This document shows positions 30,399 through 39,237 of a stretch of 64,000 bases of DNA, piece after piece. This DNA is from an uncultured Clostridia bacterium. Its GTDB lineage: Bacteria > Bacillota > Clostridia > TANB77 > CAG-508. Location of the stretch: positions 14,946-78,945 of the forward strand of contig CALYAK010000005.1 of the NCBI GenBank assembly GCA_944393505.1. The letters are read 5' to 3'. Both the position numbers and the translations under genes were made by a program. The first letter of the stretch is position 1, and the number at the start of each line of letters is the position of its first letter. The notes under the pieces are model-generated. The model was given only the letters and a program-made list of their open reading frames with translations. It was not told the DNA's origin and made no database searches.

Positions 30399-31460
30399 TT
30401 AATTTTGGGATAATAACTTTATCAATCTAGTATTCTTATATAATCTTTCTCTACCCACTTTTTCAGATTCTAAAAGACCTATTTCCTCTAACTGATTTAA
30501 ATATGAAGTTGCAGTAATTCTTGTAACATTACATGCTTTTTCTATATATGATATTTTTGTATAAACTTCATAAAATAAACTTTCTAATAATTCTTTTGAG
30601 TATATTTTAGGTAATTTACTTCTAAATTCTTCTTTATAATTTTTCATTTCATTTTGAATCTTTTCGATTAATGAAATGGTTTCTTTTGATGTGATTTCAA
30701 TGCCTTTTAAAATATATAAAATCCAATCTTCAAAATTATTATTATTCCTAACTTCATTAAATAATTTATAATATTCTTGTTTCGTCTTATTTATATATTT
30801 ACTCAAGTATAGAATTGGACTATCTATTAGATTATTTAATACAAGATATAAAATATTTAATATTCTTCCGGTTCTTCCATTTCCATCATAAAAGGGATGG
30901 ATACTTTCAAATTGATAATGTATTAGGCAAACTTTTATTAATGGATCTATACCATCTTCATTATTATTGATAAAATCTTCTAAGTTGTTTAAATAAGCTC
31001 TTATTTCATGTTCATTTTGAGGTGGAGTATATATTATTTCTCCAGTAATCGAATTTTTTAGTTCTGTACCTGGTAATTTTCTAATTCCTGCATTATTATG
31101 TTCAATCGTTCCTTGAATTTTAACAATGGTATTTGTATTTATATAACCATCTTTTTTAATTTGTTCATATCCAAGCCAAATAGCATTTCGATAATCTACA
31201 ACTTCTTTTGCATTTTCTTCTTTATAGCCACTTTCTGTTAAAACTTTATAAATGTCATCATGAGTTGTAACAATATTTTCAATAGCACTACTATCTTTTG
31301 CTTCATTAATAGTTACAGCGTTTATTAGAATATGCATATTGGGTATAGTATTTGAATAACCTTTAAGCTCTGCTAATGCTCTTGATGATAAAGTTAATTG
31401 TTCTAAAATTTTATTTGTTTTTAAATTAACATTTTTATATGGTAACATTTCTAAATTCAT
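30399..31460 (-). CDS. Fic family protein (class II, N-terminal inhibitory motif, C-terminal wHTH)
   Basis: HPFYDGNGRTGR at 30864-30899. Inhibitory S-x-x-x-E-N (SSAIEN) at 31275-31292. The start is moved to the ATG at 31460, which has a GGAGG RBS. Confidence 0.85.
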   Translation of the reverse strand: MNLEMLPYKNVNLKTNKILEQLTLSSRALAELKGYSNTIPNMHILINAVTINEAKDSSAIENIVTTHDDIYKVLTESGYKEENAKEVVDYRNAIWLGYEQIKKDGYINTNTIVKIQGTIEHNNAGIRKLPGTELKNSITGEIIYTPPQNEHEIRAYLNNLEDFINNNEDGIDPLIKVCLIHYQFESIHPFYDGNGRTGRILNILYLVLNNLIDSPILYLSKYINKTKQEYYKLFNEVRNNNNFEDWILYILKGIEITSKETISLIEKIQNEMKNYKEEFRSKLPKIYSKELLESLFYEVYTKISYIEKACNVTRITATSYLNQLEEIGLLESEKVGRERLYKNTRLIKLLSQN

Positions 31461-31514
31461 ACTTTTACCTCCATATATATAAAATATCATATTTTTTATA
31501 TATTTTCAACGAAT

Positions 31515-31574
31515 ATGTATAAAAAATTAAAAAAATTATACATATCTTTAAAATGTGTATAATTTTTGTATTGT
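31515..31574 (-). promoter_or_regulatory. Right copy of the fic-flanking repeat; a likely fic promoter/operator
   Basis: The minus strand reads TTATAC, 16 nt, then an extended -10 tgTATAAT about 60 nt upstream of the fic ATG. It also contains the palindrome atgtataa..ttatacat. Confidence 0.5.
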
Positions 31575-31926
31575 TTAATATTCTCCATCTAAATATTTTC
31601 CTAAAGAGATTGGACCAATTAAGGGTGAGCAAAATACTTCTCGATGTTTTACCGGTGCCTCTAAAAAGTGTTTAAGTCTTTTATCTGCCATTTCTTGATT
31701 TTCTATTGAAATGCTAATATGAACGTGATTCCATCCGTCTCCCCAAACAGAAGGAATACACTGTGATATTCTTATAAGTTGTTTTTCCTTTTGTTATTAT
31801 TGTTGTATCTCGACCATATCTTTGGTCCATTTTATATACAAAGCAGTTTTTACAACCTATGCTTACTTTTTTGCATCCATGCCAAGGATTCCAAGGTATT
31901 GCTTTTTCAATTTCTATATTTTGCAT
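31575..31926 (-). pseudogene. Phage Gp37/Gp68 family (DUF5131) gene remnant, internally deleted
   Basis: The N-terminus reads AIPWNPWHGCKKVSIGCKNCFVYKM (the three-Cys signature). Another frame at 31575-31735 reads DGWNHVHISISIENQEMADKRLKHFLEAPVKHREVFCSPLIGPISL, which is DUF5131-like. The middle and C-terminal parts are missing. Confidence 0.6.
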
Positions 31927-31962
31927 GGTTTCCCTCTATAACTTACTATTTTTTTATTTTGT

Positions 31963-32625
31963 TTATCTTTCAAAATCTTTTGGTTCCATTCTCGTGATTA
32001 GTCCTTGAGAAATTTCTTCAATTGAATTAACTACAATCCCCATACTAGAATTCGTTTCGATTCCTTTACTATTTACCAAAATAGTCGATAAACCTTCTTC
32101 TCTTGCTCTTTGGATGTCTAAATATGGATCATCACCTATCATGACACATTCTTCTGCTTTTTTATCACCACAAGCATCTAAATAGGCTTGCTTATTTGGC
32201 TTTATGCAACGCTCACCATGACATTCTTTAAAAAAGCTACCAATTCCCATATTATTTAATCGATTCAATTGAGATATTGAAAAATAATTTGTTAATAAAA
32301 CTAGTTCATATCTTTTGGCTAGGCCTGATATGGTATCGATCAATTTATCATTTTTAGGAGGTATCGCACTTTTTAATTCTCCCCAAAAAACAAAAACAAA
32401 ACTTTCTGGTAATTTATTTTTCAATGCCTGTTCAAAATGTTCCGTGTAGCTTTTAATATTATAGTTGTTGTGTTGTTGCTCATAGGTTTTAATACCTTCT
32501 AAAAATAATTTTACATTATCTTCTGAATATAATCCTAGTTTTCGTAATGTCTCACTAATACTATCTATAAAATTTACTCCTGTGATAAGAGTTCCATCAA
32601 CATCAAAAATTAATCGCTTTATCAT
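31963..32625 (-). CDS. HAD family hydrolase
   Basis: LIFDVDGTLI motif I, and a C-terminal GDDPYLDI motif. Confidence 0.8.
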   Translation of the reverse strand: MIKRLIFDVDGTLITGVNFIDSISETLRKLGLYSEDNVKLFLEGIKTYEQQHNNYNIKSYTEHFEQALKNKLPESFVFVFWGELKSAIPPKNDKLIDTISGLAKRYELVLLTNYFSISQLNRLNNMGIGSFFKECHGERCIKPNKQAYLDACGDKKAEECVMIGDDPYLDIQRAREEGLSTILVNSKGIETNSSMGIVVNSIEEISQGLITRMEPKDFER

Positions 32626-32758
32626 GAATAATTATCTCCTTTATCATTCCTTAAAATATTTTCTATGTTTCCGATCATATATAAAGGAATATTGATAAGA
32701 TTTTCTTCCTCTTTATAATTTGCTATAGATGTTCTCACGTTGATTTTATCATTATTTT

Positions 32759-32857
32759 CACAAAAAGCAAACGACTTTTTGTAAATCTTTCACATTTTTC
32801 CTAACGACTTTTGAACAGAACACTCACATTTTCTTGACGACTTTTTTATTTTCTTCT
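32759..32857. repeat. Three tandem units with 33-bp period (TCACA(T/A)TTT..ACGACTTTT)
   Basis: acgactttt begins at 32771, 32804 and 32837. (t)cacattt/cacaaaa begins at about 32759, 32791 and 32825. Confidence 0.7.
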
Positions 32858-32957
32858 ATGTTATCTCCTAATTATTGATCTTTTATAATTTTTGCTTATC
32901 TAAAATGGATTAAAATAAAATTAAAGCCAGATTGAAAATCTAGCTTTTTCCTCTATT

Positions 32958-33515
32958 TTACTTTAATTGATTACCATCACTAAATGCTTGTCCTACTTTT
33001 TTCGTAACTTCATAATATCCATGTGTAAATGGATCATATGCAATTGTGTTCATTTTAGAAAGATTTGGATTTCCGTTTTCATCTAAATACTTTTCATCAA
33101 TCGATAAATTTACAATTTCTCCTAATACACCATATTCTCCATCAACTTCGATAGCTTTACATTCCATACATACCGGATATTCTTCAATGATTGGAGCATT
33201 AACATGTTCACTTTTTACAGCTGTCATTCCTGTTCTTTCAAATTTATCTTTTACATTGTTTCCTGAAACAATACCAAAGTAATCCGATTCTTTTAAAGTT
33301 TCTGTTGTTGCTAAAGATACTGTGAAGCAACCTGTTCTTCTAATATTTTGCGTAGTTTTGTGACTTTCACTAATATTTAATTTTATTTGTTTATAATCAT
33401 AAGCCATTCCCCATGCAGCATTCATAACATCCACACTTCCATCTTCGTTATAAGTTGCTATCATTAAAACTGGCATTGGAAATATTGCTGGTACAATTTT
33501 TAAATCTTTTCTCAT
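32958..33515 (-). CDS. Flavin reductase-like (flavoredoxin) family protein
   Basis: 185 aa. PMPVLMIATYNEDGSVDVMNAAWG is typical of the FMN-binding split-barrel family. Confidence 0.8.
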   Translation of the reverse strand: MRKDLKIVPAIFPMPVLMIATYNEDGSVDVMNAAWGMAYDYKQIKLNISESHKTTQNIRRTGCFTVSLATTETLKESDYFGIVSGNNVKDKFERTGMTAVKSEHVNAPIIEEYPVCMECKAIEVDGEYGVLGEIVNLSIDEKYLDENGNPNLSKMNTIAYDPFTHGYYEVTKKVGQAFSDGNQLK

Positions 33516-33595
33516 TTTGCATTCCTCCTAAATTTTTATTTCTATCTTTATTTTATCCTTTTTCCTTACTTTTTGTAAATATCCATTTACAATCT

Positions 33596-34597
33596 TTACT
33601 GATTATAATCTGCTAGTGGGTTATTTTCGACAGCGCTTCGTACTTGTTCATTACTAACATGGGTATAGATTTGCGTTGTTGCAATGGATTCATGTCCCAA
33701 AAGCTCTTGCAATGCACGAATATCGACATTGCCATACTGATACATCAATGTGGCTGCAGTATGTCTTAATTTATGAACCGAATACTTTCGAATATCCAAT
33801 CCTGCTCGTAAAAGCTCTTGTTTTACAATGTTTTGAACATTTCGATTACTAATACGTTTACGTCTTTCGCTCACAAATAAAGGATCTTTATCTTCTGCGT
33901 CTTTGATGACTTCTTTTGATCGTACTAATAGATATTCGTTAATTGCTTTCATACAAGCTTTATTTAAGTAGATTGTTCTTTCTTTATCTCCTTTACCAAT
34001 TACCGTCATTTTTTCTTCTGAAAAATCAATATCTTTTAAATTAATGCCAACAAGTTCTGATAAACGCATACCACAATTTAAAAATAAGGTAAGGATCGCA
34101 TAATCTCTTTCTGCATTACGATCTGTTTCTGGTTTAACTGTATCTAATAATTTCCTACTATCTTCTAAAGATAGATATTTTGGCATTCTTTTACCCAGTT
34201 TTGGTGACTCTAGGTTTTGAGCAGGATTAATTTCCAATCGATTTGCTTTTGCTGTTAAATATTGAAAGAAGATACGAATGGAAGACACTTTTCTAGCTCG
34301 TGTGGTAGGTTTGCTATCATAAACACGTTCTAAGTAGCTTAAAAACGCATGGATATCTTGCAATCTCACTCGTTTAATCACATCAAAACTCATATTGGTT
34401 ACGTAATGAAGATCCATATCCTTAATTTCTTTTTCATTTTTCAAATCCACGATACGATATTGATAAAGTAAAAATTTGAAAAAGTGAACGAGATCATAGT
34501 TATATTCTTTTATGGAATTCTTTGAACGATTTTGAATCGAGGCAGAATAGTCTAAAAATTCATTTAAAAATTCTGGGTTATCACGGCGATCGATCAA
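33596..34597 (-). CDS. Tyrosine recombinase, XerC/XerD family
   Basis: 333 aa. R..HKLRHTAAT...LGHESIATTQIYTHV catalytic box, and an N-terminal SAM-like domain. Confidence 0.85.
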   Translation of the reverse strand: MIDRRDNPEFLNEFLDYSASIQNRSKNSIKEYNYDLVHFFKFLLYQYRIVDLKNEKEIKDMDLHYVTNMSFDVIKRVRLQDIHAFLSYLERVYDSKPTTRARKVSSIRIFFQYLTAKANRLEINPAQNLESPKLGKRMPKYLSLEDSRKLLDTVKPETDRNAERDYAILTLFLNCGMRLSELVGINLKDIDFSEEKMTVIGKGDKERTIYLNKACMKAINEYLLVRSKEVIKDAEDKDPLFVSERRKRISNRNVQNIVKQELLRAGLDIRKYSVHKLRHTAATLMYQYGNVDIRALQELLGHESIATTQIYTHVSNEQVRSAVENNPLADYNQ

Positions 34598-34768
34598 AAT
34601 GATTACCTCCTTTTACTTTAGTAACATTATAATATTGAATCTTTATTTTTTCCATAGAAATTCTTAGGAAAAACGAAAAAAATAGTAAAACCATAGATTT
34701 CAAAAAATCCTATAGTTTTACTTTATTGTTCTTTTTCAATTTTTTCAATTCATTTATTTATTTTATAT

Positions 34769-35347
34769 TCATAACAAAATTGGTTGTAACTGTTCGTGAT
34801 CTAAAGCAGCTTCTAAAGTAGGAATTACATATTTAGGATCAAAAACTAACGAACGTGGCTTTGTGATTGGATTATCCTGTCGGAACGGAACAAAATAATA
34901 ATTGGTACGATTCAATAATTTACCAATATTTTCTGCACTTCCAGATAATCCGTCGTTTGTTGATATTGCAATAACAACCGGATTATTATTTCTCAAATGC
35001 GACTTAGTTGCCATTGTAGCAGGCGTATCGGTAATCGCATTTGCAAGTTTTCCCATCGTATTACCAGTACAAGGAGCAATAATCATAATATCCGTTAATT
35101 TCTTCGGGCCGATTGGTTCAGCTCCTTGTATCGTCGATATTATTTTCTTTCCCGTCATCTTTTCAATCTCATCAATAAATTCCTGTGCTTTTCCAAATTT
35201 GGTATCCATACCGTATGCGTTCGAAGACATGATCGGAATAACCTCTGCTCCTTCCTTTAGAATATTTTGGATTTCTGGTAATGTCTTCGAAAATGTACAA
35301 AAAGATCCTGTCAGGATGAATCCCACTTTTTTATCTTTTAGTTTCAA
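34769..35347 (-). CDS. spoVFB: Dipicolinate synthase subunit B
   Basis: 192 aa flavoprotein-fold protein (VGFILTGSFCTF...IAPCTGNTMGKLANAITDTPATMA), as in DpaB. Confidence 0.8.
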   Translation of the reverse strand: MKLKDKKVGFILTGSFCTFSKTLPEIQNILKEGAEVIPIMSSNAYGMDTKFGKAQEFIDEIEKMTGKKIISTIQGAEPIGPKKLTDIMIIAPCTGNTMGKLANAITDTPATMATKSHLRNNNPVVIAISTNDGLSGSAENIGKLLNRTNYYFVPFRQDNPITKPRSLVFDPKYVIPTLEAALDHEQLQPILL

Positions 35348-35500
35348 AAAAATCCCCCCTCTCTTCTATTCTCTCTATATCATATGAGTTGAAAAAAACG
35401 GATGACATAAGAACAAATCTAATATTTACATAATGTTGTAAAATGTGTAAAAAAATGGTATAATAGATGTATTGTAAGATTATTAATAAAGGAAGTTAGT

Positions 35501-37369
35501 ATGAGAGAAATAAAAGCAAAGTTTCGAAAAAATTTAATGCATGCCTTAAAATATACCGATACAAGACCAAAAGAACCCATCTATATTAATGATTTTTTAG
35601 GGCTTTTGCATCAATATATTCAAAAATTAAAACAGGAACAACCAGATTTAACGGTAGATCAATTGAGAGAAATCCTAAATCAGGATATTTTTGAACTATC
35701 AAAATCTGTTTATAGTGGTTGTATTGCTCCTGACATGTATATGGAATATGCTTGTGCCCTCTATTTAATGCAACACCCACAAGAAGCAAATGAACTCTTT
35801 GATCGAATTGAAAAAGAAGATTTAGAGACCTCCCACGAATATTTTCAATCACAAGAAAATTTTACGGATAATCTAATGGAGTATGTTTTAGCATTAAAAA
35901 AGGATTTTCCAGAGATATTAAAGAACTTTTCGGATGAATTTATTACGGCCGAACTTGAAGAAATTTTAAGTTCTTCCAAACTTTCTCCTCAAGAGAAGAA
36001 TAAAAAAGCAGAAGCTTATATCAAAAGCGAAATTCTTCCTATGTATCAAGCAAGATGTCGATTAGCGGTTCGTCTTCGTACAATTGGAGTACGAGCTTTC
36101 TTACCAGAAGATACGAAATTGCAAGAAAAAGATTTACGCAATACGCTCGTAAAATATATTTCGGATATTACTTCTCAATTAAAGAAATTAGGGTTATTTG
36201 ATCGATATAACCAAGTGCATACTTCCCAAATGAGAAGAATGAAACTTCCAGAACTCACTTACTCTAATCAAGATTTAGAAGTCGTTCTAAACCCAAATTA
36301 TTTAGCACATTTACCAATTGACGATTTATTAGCTTTAGGCGTATTTTGGCTTAATCGATATACCAAAGAGTTAGATACTTATTCTGAAGCAATGTTTGCA
36401 ATCGAACAATTTGATTTATTACCACAAATGTTGGCTTCTGATGATATTGGATCAATTACCGTTCCAGATGATCAATTAAAAGAAATGCTTTTAAAGATGC
36501 ATACGTTATACTATCCTTGCGAAACTTTCTTTCAAGAAAAACAAGCAGAATATGATGCAATTGAAGATGAAGAACCATTGTCTCAGGAGGAAGAAGAAGG
36601 AAACTATATTCTCTTTTCTTACGATCCTCTTGTTAAACAAATTACAGAAGATTATGGTGGTGAATATGAAGAATATTTCCAAGCAGCACTTCTAAATCTA
36701 GAACATAACTTAGAAAAAGATGTTCGCCTATATGCGAAAATGCAAAACCCGATCTCTTCTGCCAAAACAACCAAGGATGATTTCATTACTTCCCTATTGC
36801 TTAGTCTAGAAATTAATCCAAACCTAATCAATGGTGGAATTATTTTAGATGATCTTGCTTCTCCAGAAGATATTCGATCACAAAGATTTGTTGGTATTGC
36901 CTTAGATTGCAATTTAACGACACCGATGAGACAACATATTCGTTTGGATGTTTTAAAAGATTTTCTTCAGTCCTTTACAGGAAATACAAAAATACAAATC
37001 TATGAAGGAAATAGCGACTTCCGCGAATGGTTTGGTAAAACACTTAGTAACTCACTTTGTATTCCTTTTAGTAAAAAATCCGGAAAAGCTATTAAAGATT
37101 CTTTAAAGAAAAAAGAAGGCTTGTCTTCACAAGCACAAAAATATCTACAACATTTAGAATTTTTAAGAGATTCTAAACATGTGCCCGATCATTTAAAAAC
37201 AGAGATTATCAATGCGAAAGGAAAAAAAGAAAAAGTTTTTCAAAAAAGATATATTGATCTTTCGGATGGAAAAGTTTATCGATTCGAGAATAATGAATAT
37301 GTACTTTTCTCTCCTGAAGAGCCTAAGAAAGGAGATACTGAATATGATGATGAGCAAAGAGAAATTTAA
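35501..37369 (+). CDS. Hypothetical protein (622 aa)
   Basis: Long ORF with host-like codon usage and an AAAGGAAG RBS. No motif recognised. Confidence 0.6.
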   Translation: MREIKAKFRKNLMHALKYTDTRPKEPIYINDFLGLLHQYIQKLKQEQPDLTVDQLREILNQDIFELSKSVYSGCIAPDMYMEYACALYLMQHPQEANELFDRIEKEDLETSHEYFQSQENFTDNLMEYVLALKKDFPEILKNFSDEFITAELEEILSSSKLSPQEKNKKAEAYIKSEILPMYQARCRLAVRLRTIGVRAFLPEDTKLQEKDLRNTLVKYISDITSQLKKLGLFDRYNQVHTSQMRRMKLPELTYSNQDLEVVLNPNYLAHLPIDDLLALGVFWLNRYTKELDTYSEAMFAIEQFDLLPQMLASDDIGSITVPDDQLKEMLLKMHTLYYPCETFFQEKQAEYDAIEDEEPLSQEEEEGNYILFSYDPLVKQITEDYGGEYEEYFQAALLNLEHNLEKDVRLYAKMQNPISSAKTTKDDFITSLLLSLEINPNLINGGIILDDLASPEDIRSQRFVGIALDCNLTTPMRQHIRLDVLKDFLQSFTGNTKIQIYEGNSDFREWFGKTLSNSLCIPFSKKSGKAIKDSLKKKEGLSSQAQKYLQHLEFLRDSKHVPDHLKTEIINAKGKKEKVFQKRYIDLSDGKVYRFENNEYVLFSPEEPKKGDTEYDDEQREI

Positions 37370-37640
37370 ACAAGCTTTTCAAGCAAAAGATTATGTTACT
37401 TGTATCCAATTCTTAAGAGAAGAAATCAAAAATAGATTAACGCAAAAAATACAGCAAGTTAATCCAGATTTTGAATATGCGAGCATTCCTCAATTAAAGG
37501 AATATTCTTTCCGTTATTTAGATGACGAGGAAAAGTCAATTGCTTTAAAACTTTATCAATATTCTTATGAAGAAGTTCCAGAACAATTGGAATTAAATGA
37601 ATTATTGGAAATGTACGAAACATTGGAAAAAGTAGCATAG
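37344..37640 (+). CDS. Hypothetical protein (98 aa), overlapping the previous gene by 26 nt
   Basis: ATG at 37344 with an AAAGGAG RBS inside the end of the upstream gene. The track ORF start at 37212 is unlikely because it lies deep inside the upstream CDS. Confidence 0.5.
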   Translation: MMMSKEKFKQAFQAKDYVTCIQFLREEIKNRLTQKIQQVNPDFEYASIPQLKEYSFRYLDDEEKSIALKLYQYSYEEVPEQLELNELLEMYETLEKVA

Positions 37641-37726
37641 AAGTTTTAATGGATACTAATACAATTAATGGATTAATCTTAGAAAAGAAGGAACCTATTT
37701 TTAGGTCCCTTCGTATTTTTTATTTT

Positions 37727-39061
37727 TTACTTTTCTTTTAAATATCTTTTTAATAAAAAAGTTAGGAAATATGGGAATGTATAAAATTTTCCGTTAAATC
37801 CGATATTTTTATTACAAAGTTTGATACCATATTTAATATCTTTATATGTTGTATTATTAATTAAATTGTTAAGTGAAACTGTTGCTTTATCATTTGCTTT
37901 TACTTCGACTGGAATCAAAGAGCTTTTATCTCTTATCATAAAATCCATTTCAATTTTTTTACTATCGTCACGATAAAAATATAAATCATAGCCTTCTTTT
38001 ACCAGCATGTCACTTACAATGTTTCCATATAAAGCTCCTTTGTATGTATTCATATTCTCGTTGTTTCTTAAATCTTCTTGTACTTCTTCATCAAGTGAAC
38101 CAATTAATAACCCAGTATCAGCAAAGTATAGTCGATAATTATCTGGATTGTAATTTCCTTTTAACGGAAGGCAAGCTTGTTCCATTGCATAAGAAACGTT
38201 CACAATTCCAGCGTTCGCAAGCCATTCAATAACTCCTACATATTCACGATTTCTTGCTCCGTCTGCAATCTTAGAAATTTGGAATTTTTTATTTTCATTG
38301 CCTAAAAATACTTGTATTTTTCGATAACAATTTAATATCTTAGTTTTGTCCAATCCTCCAGCATATTTTGTAATATCTTCTTCATAATCTAGTAAAATTT
38401 GTTGTTGCATTTTTAGAATGCCACTAAAATTTTTGCTTTCGACAAATTGACTAACGATCGCAGGCATCCCCCCTACAATCATGTAATCTTTAAAATTAGA
38501 TAGCATAACTTCATATTGGGTATTACTTAATGGCTTAAGTTCTAACATATGCTGATATAAATCATTAACTTGTTCGTCATTGTATCCTTTTGCCCATAGA
38601 AATTCTTCGAAATCCAAGGATCTCATAATATAATCTTCTTTATTACCTACACTATTCGATTCAATCTCTTTGTAATTAATCCCCATTAAAGAACCAGAAC
38701 AAATAACATCATATCTACCATCCTCACGAAAAGCTTTTAATGAAGTAGCAGTACTAACACATTCTTGCATTTCATCAAAAAAGATTAATGTATTCTGTTC
38801 ATTTAATTCGATTTCTGGCATTTTTAACGTTATGTTTTTAATAATTTGATCCACTTCAAAACCATCTTCAAATATTGTTTTAAATTGTGGTTGAAGCGCA
38901 AAATTTATTTCAATAAAAGTTGAGTAATAGTTGACTCCAAAATTTCTAATTGCATTTGTTTTTCCAATTTGTCTTGCACCTTTTATAATTAAAGGTAATC
39001 GATTATCATTCTTTTTCCAATCTATAAGGTAATTATCAATTTTTCTTTTTAATCTTTCCAT
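37727..39061 (-). CDS. AAA family ATPase with a DUF4143 C-terminal domain
   Basis: 444 aa. Walker A GARQIGKT, Walker B IFFDEMQ, and a C-terminal restriction-fold-like DUF4143 pattern (IEMDFMI...IPVEVKA). Confidence 0.8.
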   Translation of the reverse strand: MERLKRKIDNYLIDWKKNDNRLPLIIKGARQIGKTNAIRNFGVNYYSTFIEINFALQPQFKTIFEDGFEVDQIIKNITLKMPEIELNEQNTLIFFDEMQECVSTATSLKAFREDGRYDVICSGSLMGINYKEIESNSVGNKEDYIMRSLDFEEFLWAKGYNDEQVNDLYQHMLELKPLSNTQYEVMLSNFKDYMIVGGMPAIVSQFVESKNFSGILKMQQQILLDYEEDITKYAGGLDKTKILNCYRKIQVFLGNENKKFQISKIADGARNREYVGVIEWLANAGIVNVSYAMEQACLPLKGNYNPDNYRLYFADTGLLIGSLDEEVQEDLRNNENMNTYKGALYGNIVSDMLVKEGYDLYFYRDDSKKIEMDFMIRDKSSLIPVEVKANDKATVSLNNLINNTTYKDIKYGIKLCNKNIGFNGKFYTFPYFLTFLLKRYLKEK

Positions 39062-39082
39062 ATAAAAACCTCCTAAAAATAG

Positions 39083-39181
39083 TTTATCACATTTTTAGAA
39101 GGTTTTCAATACTGTTTTATCACATTTTCAGAAAGGTTTTAAAGGTGATTTATCACATTTTCCGACAAATTAAACACTTTT
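39083..39181. repeat. Three tandem 33-bp units, each starting tttatcacatttt
   Basis: Units begin at exactly 39083, 39116 and 39149, directly upstream of the ATPase start codon. On the minus strand each unit carries a TG-extended -10-like box (tgtgataaa). Confidence 0.85.
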
Positions 39182-39237
39182 TTCTAAATTTTCTTTTATA
39201 TATTTACATATGTCTCCAAATAGTTTGGATCACACGA

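Noticed and set aside
33596-34597. Xer-type recombinase as the integrase of a mobile element
   Set aside because: I could find no flanking direct repeats or cargo genes. Its composition and neighbours (flavoredoxin, dpaB) look chromosomal, and it most resembles housekeeping XerC/XerD-family recombinases.
37212-37343. Long N-terminal extension of the 98-aa ORF (track start 37212)
   Set aside because: The extension lies wholly inside the 622-aa CDS in another frame and is Lys-rich junk. An RBS-preceded ATG at 37344 is available.
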